Source: Haplodiscus bocki (taxonomy: Eukaryota). Taken from it: a stretch of 64,000 nt of DNA. Every line of letters begins with the position of its first letter. Position 1 is the first letter of the stretch. Of the stretch, positions 52,901 through 64,000 are shown one piece after another. Made by a program: the position numbers and the translations under genes. The notes beneath the pieces are model-generated. The model worked only from the letters and a program-made list of their open reading frames with translations, was not told where the DNA came from and did not search any database. Location: assembly GCA_965655095.1 (NCBI GenBank), contig OZ296653.1, positions 44,516,001 to 44,580,000 on the forward strand, given 5' to 3'.

Positions 52901-55900
52901 AATCAATACTAAATGATTGATAATTTTGCATAAAACCGGATTCTAGGCTTCCACTTAATGCCCAAATGTTACAGCTAATCGACGCAACGATGTCACTTAT
53001 CACACGCTACCTCGCACTTTTTGCTCTAAACTCCAAGTTATCACTTAATGTTTTAATCTGGGTATCTTTGAGTCTAGAAAACTATGAAAACCTTATAAGG
53101 TATTTTTCTGACACAGGTGGTAATTCGTCGTGTACAAACACTTCCAGACAATCAGCACTGACATCATGAGTAACAATATTTCATACCTTGAGTGTGGTCG
53201 CAATACAATACTCGGTGTGTTGAATTGTTTCAGCAACAATTGAAATGTGTCCAAATTCTACAGTTTCTCCCACACGTCCCGGCTTGTACTTTGCACAGTA
53301 GCTGTTCCGTGAACTTAATCGACTGTACTCCAGGTGTTCGTCGCCATTAGAGCTCAATGAGGACGAGTTTCCTTCATTCGCAAACATGACAATAACAATG
53401 ACTTGCTTCTCCCAAATCATCTGCCAGAAGTCCATGCAAGTACTGTAAAAACAACAAAAGTCAACGCAAGCAATATTGGCTAAAAACACTTTAGTTGAAC
53501 GTTGTGAGAAATTCAGACGGCGCATAAAAGCCTTCGATCTTTCAAACATTGAAACTTCGCAACTTTTCTCTCAAAACATCCCAAATTTCTAATAATTACA
53601 TGTTTTACCCAACCAACGCACACATTCAGAAAAACATTCTTCAATTAAATCAGTGATTTTGAAGTCTAGAGCTCTGGTTTCTAGAAGAAAGTTGATTATA
53701 TTGAAATTCTAACGTGTCCATTGGATTTTGCGTGGCAATGTATCGATAAGTGATTCCGGCGATTTTGGTCTTAATCCAAGACGCGTTAATATATCCAACA
53801 GGGTTGAGTTCTCTGCTCGGAGTGAGTTTCACTATAGTGTCATCATACGGCAGATAGGCAGAGAAACGGTTACGACTGAAGTTTTCACTCATTTTAGCAA
53901 TAGTAAACTTTGCACTGGTCTTCTGTATTATTACACCGCTGTACTCGTCCTGCAGCACTCCGTCCAGAATCTTCCGTTCGATAAAACTCCGGCGCATGTC
54001 TCCTTGGTATGCAGTGGGGTTATTGCGGCGTCGCTCTGCAATCTCTGGATCACAATATGGATGCGAGGTATCGTTGTCGCAATCACTGAGTTTATCCAGT
54101 TGGTCCGTACTTTTGAATCTGGCCAACGGACTGATAGACCATGTGGAAATATTATTGACGTGGCCACCCATAGCTTCACCACTTTCTCTCTCCGTTTCTG
54201 AGTCCACAAGACGGGACGAAAAATTTACACCCAGGAGAGAATGTTTTCCAGCATTGTTCAGAGAGTGTGACGATGCTGCCGGGTTCATGAGGGTTGTGGC
54301 TATACTTGCAGATGAGTTCGTGACACTCTGATGGAGATCGTAAATATGAGAGGAATCGTCATACAACGCTGGCCCTGCTTGAAGAATGTTCCGTCGGAAT
54401 ATTGATCCTGTAAGCAATGGTAAACATTAATGTAAGATATCAGAGATGGATACTCAGACGTCGCAAAATATTTCAGATTCACGAACTTCGTATCCTCAGC
54501 AGATACTCAACAGATGACGAGCTTTTCTCCACAATGCGCTTCAATTTGTAATACAAATTAAAATTTACTTTTTTCTAATTTAAAAATTTCTCTTTAAATA
54601 ACGTAGTCGAAGGTTAGAAGTGTAATTAATTAAAAGCAATTTCCTTTGATTGCCAGGATACCAAAAAGAAAAATCTCATCTGGAAAATATGCTCCAAACT
54701 AGTTTTCTCAGCCAGGAACCGCAAATACTGTCAAGGTTGTTCTATCAGAATTCCACTATTATAACTTTAGCTAACATTCATCACAATTTAGAATAGTTGC
54801 CACAAAGACACTTTCCACAGAACATTTCTCTAACCTGGAGTGGGAGGTAAAGGATCCGAGCGTTTGCGGAGAGCGTAGTGACTCATAGTCGATCCACCAT
54901 TACGAGCCGCAGCTGCATTGGAGTGCATTCGCTGCACATACTGATGATTTTGCGGTTCTAGATCACTGACGGAGCGAGCATGATACAACTCTGGCGTGCT
55001 GGTGAACATCTTCTGGGGAGGGGTCTCGTGATGATATAGCATATAAGCAGGCTGGAATATCTTGCCGGAGAGATGAGCTTGGGTGGGCAGATGCTGGAAG
55101 GAACAAGCTTCAGGGTGTCCGTGAGGGTCATTATGTACTTGACAGTGTTGGTGGCATTGTAATCGGGGGTAAGAACTCTCCAGTTGCATCTCCTTCTGAT
55201 ACGTCGCGTGGAAACAATTGAGCTCAGGGGAGCTGAAAAAAATTCCATTTTATATTCATAACAATAGAACGTCTCCCCAGTTATCTTATTTTAAAATTCT
55301 TCAGAGAATGGCACTGACTATATTTTCAAAGCGTGTACAGAAGCAGAAAAGGCCCAACTTAATACACAAGAGTGCAGAATATGATTTGTACGAGCTTAGA
55401 AGCTAATATTTTTCATCTCTAAAAGCTTACCAACCAAAAATTTTAATGTTTTCAATAGCCACGTACTTAAAGGAAGAAAAATAAATACCACTTCTCGTAT
55501 CCTTCAGAGCAACACGTACGTCTTTACATCCGCAAAATATTTTTTCGTAATGTGTGCTCACTGAAAGGCTCCCCTTCTTTGATAGTTTTCGGAACTTTGG
55601 GACAAAAAAATGTCAATTTCTTTCAGCATTCTGAATATTTTCCAAGCAAGTTCAAAATTTCAAATAGTCGCACCATTATTAGATTGAGACCCACGTTATG
55701 GGACGATTCCGGTTTGTTGAATCCTAGTGTGCTGATGAATATAAATTTCGTAATCTATCATGAACGGTCACGTCAAAAAGTAACCGAGACAGAAAAAGTA
55801 GTGTGCAACAGATCACAATGAACAAAATTTTCAGATTTGAATTTTCCCGAACACGGCTACGTCAGCTACAAAAGTTCCTTAGAATTTTATCAAGTTAACA

Positions 55901-58900
55901 AAAGTTTTTGTTTGAAATATTTGCAACTACTATCATAAAAATCAGAAATGTGCATTTTCCCCATGATTTCGACAATTGGCGTTTTTTCGATCTCTTCCTT
56001 GCATAACTGAATTTTACTCCAGAATGCCGAAAATTTTCCGTAGACTCACGTTTTCCTTTCAAATTTAGAATTTTTTCACGCAGAAGTGAAGCTGTGCTTC
56101 GCAACACTTGCGCCAATGGAATATTCGTGGACATATCGACTAAATATAAGTGATTTTTGAAGGAGCCACGATACTACTAACACTACTGATAACAAGTGCA
56201 CAGAAACTCAGTTAATTCTTCTACATTTATATACAAGTAAGAAACGCTATAAGATTTGAATCGTTCGATATTTTAATTAAAGATGCTGATTCTCAAGCGG
56301 CAATGGCACAGAGTAGAGCTTGCGACTGTGCCGCCAAAGGTCCCAGGTTTCATCAGCCTTGGACACTCCCTCCTCTATTTTGTCAAAAAAAGTAAATTGT
56401 GGAAAATGTTAACTGTTCGGAAAAATCCAAAATCGTGATATAACACTTGCTTGCGCAATTGTAACTACTTAGGAAAATATTCATTTACACATTTTTTTAC
56501 GCAGAAATGATATTCCTAGAGTTGATCCAACTTTCGAGTCGAATGTCAACGAACAATTGCTGCTTCGAGTACCTTCTGACGTGGCTGTTTTCTTCCAGTC
56601 TAGGCGCTTTCAGTTTCTATGCATTTTGAGCTGGCGTATTTTTTAACTTATAAAGCAAGAAACTGTCCGTCACAACCTTTCCTAGTTGGGATAATTGCAC
56701 CTCCGGATCATATCTCAAACAAAGAGGCGAAGCTTCGCCTCGCATACCCTTGCGACGAAAATGAGAAACGGCACCGAATATTTGATCACTCGACTTGTCA
56801 AGTTTTCCTTTCTTGCCCAACTTAACGGAAAACAATTTTTGGAAAGACTATTAATCAGGATTCAAACTGAGTAGTGTATGGTTGCAATCTAACCAATAAT
56901 CTCCTTAATAAACAACTTTGAAAGACGCGGAATGAGAATATTCGTATCACATACAACTCAAAATACTTCAGTTGAGAAGCAAACGTATGAGAAAATATGA
57001 TACTTTTTCGCAAACTCCATGTCGAGGCCCTTTGAATGAGCACTTGATGGTCCCAATAGAGAAAACAATTTTCGAGAAACACAACTTCGCGAAGTCAAGC
57101 ATATTCGAATTACAAAATTCAAGTCCAGAAAATTTCAGCGAGAGGAAAAGCAGGCGTTATCGTGGCTTCCTATAAGACTACTGAAGGAGCACCAGACGCC
57201 GCAATTAAACCGAGAGCTTCCGAAAAACAATTCAAATTATTAGTCATGAAATTTTGCGACGTAGGAAACAAACGGAATATCACCGGTGCTTCCTAGGTTT
57301 TCCATGAATCGGGTTTCTTCAGTCGTATTGGATAGCCACAATCCAACCAGTAGTGTCCAAGAAAAATTAGGAAAAAAATTCAAAGTAAAGTCATGGTATT
57401 TCGCTTCGAAGCAGTACGGCACTTTTCCCGCTTAATCAGAGAGCCTTCATTTTGATAGATTTTGATTCAGCAATGGGTGCTTATAATCGAACAACTGGTT
57501 TTCGAGGAAAATATTCGAAAAACGAAGTGAATTTGTAGATTTAAAATTTGCGCCGAAAGTATGAAACAGAAAATCCAAGCTTCATCTCTGGTTCTCCATT
57601 TTCCGAAAACTGTTCATCAAAACTTAAATTCTCCATTTGAGGGAAATTGAAAGGACAGCTCAAAACAAAAAGATTTGGAAAATGACTGAAGTCGAGATAA
57701 ATTTCTAGTAAAATTTCGCATTAAAATAAAATTAGGTTGCATGTTATCTAAACTATATCAACTAGACAAGCAACTTACGACTGCATGCAACTTAAATTGC
57801 TATGCAACGTACTCGAACAAGCGCAGAAGCAAACTGTAAGCAAAATCGTTCATTTTGGTAGTTGTTCACGGTCCAAAAAAAATCTCATCGTATACGTGTT
57901 CATGACACTTGCTATCGCAAGTGTAACACAAAGGCGGGGTGGAGCTCCACAAAGCTGGCACCCCAGAAAGATCCAATAATTTGATAACTTGAAATGTTAC
58001 AGCATATTATACAACAGCCAAAAATGTCTTTTGAAAAGGTATGCGACAAACTTGCCGAAAGCTTTCTCTCTGAACCGATAAGTAGACTCAGAATCTAAAA
58101 ACATAGGCATTGAAGAACTTAGTGACAGGCTTGCTGCAAGAGCTACTCAGAAAACGAAGAAAATCAGTCACTCTTTTCACTCGAAACCTCTTCAAAATCC
58201 ACCGATTTTCACCTTTGTCTTCGCCAAAAAAAAGAGTAAAAACTTTTTCACCACAACCAAGAAAAAGTATGTGATACACTGGAATATTCAATTTACGAAT
58301 CCGGAAAATCAATGGCTATTTTTGAACTCGTGATTTGGGATGCTGGATAAAGATCAGACAAAACCTCCACAATAAAAATCCCATTCCAAGTAATTCTAGC
58401 CAAAAAAGTTTTTACCGCAGCAAAAAAGTAGCAAGTAATATATTGAAGTCTCCTTTTTATGACTTCGTCAAAAAAACAGTCCATTTCAGGCGTATCTTCG
58501 CGGATAAATGATTACAAAATGACAACAACGTCTTAGAATAATAGCTCGACCCTCCAGTTCCCTCGCAAAACATCGAAATATTATTCCACAGCAAATAAAT
58601 TTTATCATACGAGAGACTGAGGTAATGTAGTTTTGCTTTTCAAAAAGATTAGTTATATCCAGAGTTAACTTCGAGGGTGTAGCAGTAAAAGTTGAGAAAA
58701 TAACTTCCGAATGCAAAAGAAAAAAATTTGCGTAAAGTGCGTAACCAATGTTCACAGTTCACAGTGAGTATTGGATGTTTTCACATTTGTGAAATACACA
58801 AATAACGAACTGGAGCTATTTTTATTTAGCTTCGCACAAACCTGATTGCATGATTTAACGGAGAAGTGTATGGTGAGGAAGATGCAGCATGTTCTTCTTG

Positions 58901-59413
58901 TTTGCCGTTATTTGCGCCAGAAAACGACATGTGACGATTTGCCAGCATGGCTGAGACAGGACTAAACATGTCATAGGGAGTGGCTGCTCCACATAAACAT
59001 TGGGAAGGCCGCCCATTGATATAGGCATCTTCGTGTATCCCTCCGCGATGGTCTGCTATATCATCTTCCTTGCCAATTGTAGCCAAGTTATCAAAATAGT
59101 TATAACGGTTTGAGTCTATGTTAATAGGTCCAATGGATGATGTATTATGTGAATGTTTGTTATCCCCAGTGGGAGCTACAGGGCCTCGCATGTTGTTTCC
59201 ACTTCCAGCAGCAGACTTGGCAGCAACAGGTCTCCCGTATTTGGAGTTGACCACATTTGCAAGACGGCGACTACTATTGCGTCTTTGAAACTCTTGAGAA
59301 TGGGCCAAACTTAAGTTTGGATGACTAGATACATGCTGGCCTCCTGATTCCAAAAGAAGTCTCTGATGCTGAGAAACCCTCCGAGACATGAAAGAATCGT
59401 ATGATGGGATAGT
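49729..59413 (-). CDS. PTPN14/PTPN21/Pez-like non-receptor tyrosine phosphatase (probable pseudophosphatase), 5'-partial; join(59413-58842,55232-54835,54407-53714,53442-53187,50730-50543,49990-49729)
   Basis: All introns are GT-AG with matching phases (2,1,2,0,2). The exons sum to 2370 nt, or 789 aa plus TAA. PTP motifs are NRFSAYLPYDD, GYINASWI, YIATQNPM, DFWQMIWE, WHLQF, VVHC and LRYQR. The C-terminal RLI and the linker motifs PSYDSFM, SSPEL and STPEL are typical of the PTPN14/21/Pez family. Confidence 0.9.
50543..50730 (-). CDS. PTP gene exon (WHLQF region, WPD loop replaced)
   Basis: Acceptor tgtttcag|CTG and donor AG|gtaaca. Encodes LRNRKEMRSTVLWHLQFTHLP...FIQFLNEI. Confidence 0.9.
51160..51957 (+). 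mobile_element. Intronic Helentron/HINE-like non-autonomous repeat with internal tandem array
   Basis: The end has hairpin gccgg-tgctag-ccggc followed by cgtcttgtt. It contains B-box-like ggttcgagtc (51277) and four ~123-bp units. A diverged relative lies at ~37250-38210 plus 39470-39612. The left limit is approximate. Confidence 0.55.
51330..51800 (+). repeat. Tandem array of ~4 units of ~123 bp
   Basis: Recurrent gaaacac..ggttcccc.acgaaatttttcggcactgtgagacaaaaa..ttcgacggaaaatc..cccccc.cttatccataaa at ~51347, 51473, 51596 and 51718. Confidence 0.9.
53187..53442 (-). CDS. PTP gene exon (TCMDFWQMIWE...TTLK)
   Basis: Acceptor ttttacag|T and donor AAG|gtatga. Contains the DFWQM motif. Confidence 0.92.
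53714..54407 (-). CDS. PTP gene exon (linker end and start of PTP domain)
   Basis: Acceptor cttacag|GA and donor AC|gttaga. Encodes NRFSAYLPYDD, GYINAS and YIATQ. Confidence 0.9.
54835..55232 (-). CDS. PTP gene exon (linker; SPEL...TSTPEL...PLPPTP)
   Basis: Acceptor ttttttcag|C and donor G|gttag. Phases match both neighbouring exons. Confidence 0.82.
56297..56372 (+). other. Decayed tRNA-derived (SINE-head-like) sequence
   Basis: A-box-like tggcacagagt and B-box-like ggtttcatc at tRNA spacing, with no intact cloverleaf. Confidence 0.3.
58842..59413 (-). CDS. PTP gene exon (linker; TIPSYDSFM...NHAI)
   Basis: Acceptor ttgtttttag|ACT and donor AG|gtttgt. Open for 190 codons with low-complexity S/N/H/G linker composition. 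Confidence 0.8.
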
Positions 59414-59475
59414 CTAAAAACAAGGAGTAAGAGTAACGTAAACCTATACAAAACAGCAAGGTTATGCCTGGACTA

Positions 59476-60130
59476 ACAAGCCAAGAATGGCCAGAGTCGG
59501 GACGCCCGTAACGCTAAAAATACTCATAGTAAGGTATTGATTTTGGCGTTTGAAAAAAATATACTTTGGTATATTCTTCCGCATAAAATGTCAGAAAATA
59601 CAGCTTATGCTAGGATTCAAAGCCGCAACGTGTCGATTGCGTAAATTTTTATAAGGCGCGTATCAAGAAAAAACTTCAAAACAACAATCCAAAAATTTTT
59701 CGAAAATGGGTAGATTTTTGTTATAGCTACCGGTATAAAATGTAAAATTTTTGGCATACAACGTAAAAAAACATAGCTCACGCTGGAATTCGAAGCCGTT
59801 ACCTATCGATTTGTTACAATTTTTCAAAAATAGGTAGACTTTTGTATATATTCCGGTATATAATGTAAAAATCTAGCATATACCGGAGTTCGAAAACCCC
59901 GATCAGTGTCTTCGGAGCCCTACTGTCCTATCCACTGGGGCATACAAACAGTAAAAAAAAAACATACCCTATCACGCACATTTATTTTTGGCCAATTTGG
60001 AAGCAATGGTACAATTCGTACCCTGAAGATCGTCAATTTGACCAACTGTCTTAAAATTGGATCAGTCCGATGTCATCTTTGTCAGCTCACAAAAAAAGGA
60101 CACCACAAGAGTCGACCTCTTTACTAAAGG
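59476..60130 (-). mobile_element. Intronic HINE-like repeat with duplicated tRNA-like segments
   Basis: The minus strand ends in gggcgtccc..cttgtt. There are two ~175-bp-spaced copies of agct.a.gct.g.attc.aagccg...tcgatt (59622, 59776), which are B-box-like on the minus strand. Confidence 0.4.
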
Positions 60131-60299
60131 TAACCAGCCGACTTAAGACATCACAACCAACAATAGGCTCCTTCGAAGATTGATGATTGAATTTACAATC
60201 AAGATAAATGTGGTATATGAGCCATTTTCACTATTAATGTCATTATGATTTAATCCAACCAAAAAATATTTTAATCACAATTCTCGAGTCCTACCTGCA

Positions 60300-63200
60300 A
60301 TACAGAATGAATATTCTTGAACAAACTCTACCGGCTTTCATGGAAATATGAAAGAGCAATAGATCATTCTGAGAAAAAAACACATAAACAACCATGAGAG
60401 AAACTTTGAACTTGCCGGCCCCAAGCCGGAGCCAGGAAAACCAGATGCACCCTGGAAGAGCCGGGCACAAAAATTGACCAAACACATGAACATAATCAAC
60501 TACACGGAGTTGAAAGGAAGTTCAAAAAGGCGACATCAAGAGGGAACTGAAGGTCAGACAATTTATTATACTTTACGCACTGAAACTGATGTGGAATCTG
60601 ACACCAACGATGAAGTTTAATAGAGCTTAAAAACACTATGATGAGAAAAATAATGAATTCATAACGATCAACTTTTGGTTCTAGCGTAGAAAGAGTTGGA
60701 GATAGGACTGATGACTTCGTTGCTGCTTTGCCTCGACCACACAAACGTGCGAATTCGGAAATTTCTTGACGCTTCAAGGTGATAAAGTCATCAAGGGACA
60801 AAAACAAGTGAGCATACGTGATCACTTACAAGAAAATCTTCGATTACAGGAAAGCCTTGAGATTGCTAATCGCATTGAAGCTCGTATTGCAAGGTCTGCC
60901 ATACCGAAAAATTCGCGAAGGCGGGGCCCTGCAACAAGTATTGCTGCAGTTTAAATTTTGAAGTAAATTTTATAATCAAAAGAAACCCCGTGTTTATCAG
61001 CAGTTTTGGTACCCATGCAGTTCTTCCAAACAAATTGTTAACAAAAAAGAAACCCCTGCTCAAACAGCAAAATGCCACAACTTCGTCAAAATAGAAAAAA
61101 GATACTTTCATGAACTTTGAAGGAGTGTGCAGTCTCATTTTGTTGAATGTTTACCAAAAGACATTGAAAATGAAACTACGTTGGCTCTGGACATTCACTG
61201 CAATACAATACTTCAATTCGAAAATTCACTTAAATTAGATAAGAGGAAGGTGGACCTGATTGTCGATAGTGGTACATAGAAATCAATTGCTTGATTACTG
61301 TCAACACATTTTTCTGACAAAGTCTTCAGGAAAAGAAACAATTTGAAAACAGATGGTTATAATGATTAGGATATTCAATCAGAAAAAAATATTTACAATT
61401 TCAGACAATATTCCCCCAATCTCGCAAAGTTTTGAATTGCTAGTGCAATTTTTGTTGGATTAGAACTTCGAAAGCTAATTTTCTTTCTTCACCAGCGATG
61501 AAAAAATCTAAGGAGTTGATACAATTGGTACAGACTCAGTGTTGATTCACTGGATCCAAACGAACTATCTAAAACTGTTCCAGAGCAATTAACTAAGTTT
61601 TGAAGGGAAAAATTTTCGTTCCTTCAACTTAAGTTGCAACTGTTTAACTGTGAAACTGGTACAATTCTTTTCGCTATGAACGAACAACACTTCAGCATGA
61701 AGTTGAAAAATGTGTGAACTGGGGTCTTGGAGCCCTTTAACAAAGCTGATGTTCAGAGGGTAAGCCCACGTGTTGCTTCTCGGCGTAAAAATCCGCATGA
61801 GCTAAAATCTTCACGAAGTATCAAAGCAATCAATAAGGATGCTTATCCCTTGCCGAATGCTGAATCAACATTGAATTCAATAACTAATGCCAGTCTTTAG
61901 TGGAACATCGAAGTGGCTAACCCACATTAATAAGTTGTTGCAATTGAAAAAATGGTTGTTCCAATTAGCTTTCAATTTTCGGTTGTACAATTTCAAAGGA
62001 GCATCTTTTCGTTTGAAAGGCGTTCTCACTAAATTTCGAAAAATGATGAAAGTAATACGAGTCACTCTTACTTATTGCTTTAGATTCCTTGATGATAGAA
62101 TCGTGTACAATTCCACTGCCGTCTAACATGATGCTCAACTGCATGCTGCTTCGAAACGTCAAGAATCGAATGGGTTTGTTTCCACACGTGAGAGGAGTCA
62201 ATTCTCGAAATCAAAGACGGAACAATTCGGTATACAACTTCCTTCGGACGAAATCTGCATTCTTGAAAGTAGTGTTGAACAATCACTGAAATGAAAGTAC
62301 CTGACGACCAATAATCTCTACCTGCTGCTGTCGGTCTTTTTAATCGTTATCACCAATTTCTTCTGAGCACGTACATACTCAACAATACCTGCTAAACTCC
62401 AACCGGCAGCCAAAAATGAACTATTCGAAGGGAAAGAGAAACATACAAAATTTTTCGAGACAAAAAAATGCTGGTCGACGCAAAACATTTAGCGTTGCAT
62501 AATCCTCTGACTAACAATATTGTCATTTGCAAAGCGGCTAAGGTTGGAATTGGTGGTGAATTATTTCGGGAGCCGATTGCTCTCTTTTCTCTTCCTCTGC
62601 ACGGGTGTGAAAAAAAATGAAGTTCCTGACTCAAAATTTTAACCTCGCATAGATACCTGCGAACTTAGGCGTACGCCCCTCAATTTGAAAACTGACAAGT
62701 AACTGCTTCAGCTATTACACGGTTGAAATTGCTGGTTGTATATGACCACAACTATTATCAAGATGGTCTGCACGTCTTCTGCGGTATGACTTCACAGTTT
62801 TTCACAAGCTTGGAAAAAATGACGCATTTGCTGATGCACTTCCTCCATTACCAGTTGAAAAGCAGACTTCAATTTCGAAGACACGTTTGCAGTCGATATT
62901 TTTTGAGCATCTTCACTGATTTCAAAAGAAAAAGTGGATAGCGCTTTTTAAAACGATTCCATTTCACTAACAGTTCCCCAAATTACTATGAACGGATGGC
63001 CTATCCGAAGAAATTTGGAGAGAAAATGATCACAATTTTATGTCAGGCATGTACTGTACATTTAGTCTCGATTAGGTCTTGGTCGTGCATCAGTGATAGC
63101 TATACTTGAATTTTTTCTTGGCACAGCCTCAGCGCTTGTAGGTGATTATTTTGGCAATGTGTAACGAGGATTTGCGTGTTGGTCTTGCTGTCTCGAATTC

Positions 63201-63560
63201 GAAGAAAACTTTCTCTCCATACTGAGACAAAATATCCAAAACTAGTGAAAGTACTCCATTAAAAGAAAACAACTTCGAAACCATTCCAAATAGTCGAAAA
63301 GATAATATGGGTCCCTAAAAGAAAGCGTCGTTTATATTTAAGTACCTATTTGTTGTTCTTAACGAAATCTCAGGCGAGCCTCAAGTTTTTGCATTACCGA
63401 AAGCTACCGCTAGATTAACGATTCCTTGGCCTTGTTAACTCATTTGATGTTCCTGAACTGATGAGATGAAACGAAGGCCCCATATTCATAAGTTCCGAGT
63501 TTGGAAAGTTTCGTTGGCAACCAAAGCGAACAAATGAAACACAGGCCCTTTTACTTTAAA
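60300..63560 (+). mobile_element. Decayed Ty3/Gypsy retrotransposon (gag-protease-RT-RNaseH-integrase), probably intronic and antisense to the PTP gene
   Basis: Motifs in order: VDLIVDSGT (protease, ~61250), DAYPLPN (~61840), FRLYNFKGASFRLKGVLTKFRKMM..FLDDRIVY (RT, 61975-62108), LVDA..IGG..PIALFS (RNase H, ~62470-62590), EGPIF (~63473). Many stops and frameshifts. Confidence 0.8.
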
Positions 63561-64000
63561 CAGATGAACGGTTTGCTTTAAATATTCAATTCCTTTGATG
63601 CAAACCAATATTGCGGACACTCGCAAACGGTATGATACATTACAGTTTGTGCTGCAATAATACAGAAAGATTCCCGGTCGGGCACTGCGAGAATTGCCGT
63701 ATGAAGTCCTCTTTAAATGTTCCATGCCTACACTAATGCCGACGAATGAAGTTTCAACACAACAGAACTACATCTTCCTTGAACATGCCTCGCCATAAAC
63801 AGAATCATTTCAAAAAGATAGTGGTTGGTTGATGGGCGGGGTTTGAAGATCCATTTTGGAAGAACGAAAAGCCAACATACTTTTTGAGGTAGCGAAAAAA
63901 TTAGGACGGACAAGAACAAGTGACGTTGGAAGATGGTAGAACTTGGAGACTGTCCCAAGTAGCTCTAAGTAATTCTCCTAAATTCAGACATCGAAGAAAC

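Noticed and set aside
53728-54331. Plus-strand ORFs of 157 and 111 aa
   Set aside because: Antisense shadows of the real PTP exon.
56297-56372. Functional tRNA gene (also B-box-like sites at 37305, 51277, 59630 and 59785)
   Set aside because: No intact cloverleaf, and the sites are embedded in repeats.

Overview
AT-rich, repeat-dominated eukaryotic (animal-like) genomic DNA with one assembly gap (N, 23768-24668). The only well-supported host gene is the 3' part of a minus-strand, multi-exon PTPN14/PTPN21/Pez-like protein tyrosine phosphatase. It has six GT-AG exons from 59413 to 49729 that splice in frame to 789 aa plus stop, and the FERM-encoding 5' exons are presumably beyond the window. 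Its catalytic motifs are broken (HCATGNGASG without the invariant Arg, no WPD loop, no Q-loop Gln), so it looks like a pseudophosphatase. Just downstream of the gene is an ~8 kb imperfect palindrome (about 39860-47985) built from two tail-to-tail decayed hAT-like transposon copies. Arm identity rises stepwise inward to a 612-bp perfectly identical block flanking a 1365-bp spacer. The rest is fossil mobile DNA: two ~1.7 kb solo LTRs that carry the start of an ORF, decayed Ty3/Gypsy elements, LINE, pogo, piggyBac-like and Academ-like remnants, Helentron/HINE-like repeats with internal tandem arrays and tRNA-like boxes, and MITEs. Most ORFs in the supplied track are spurious. All alignments and identities were judged by eye and no database search was run.
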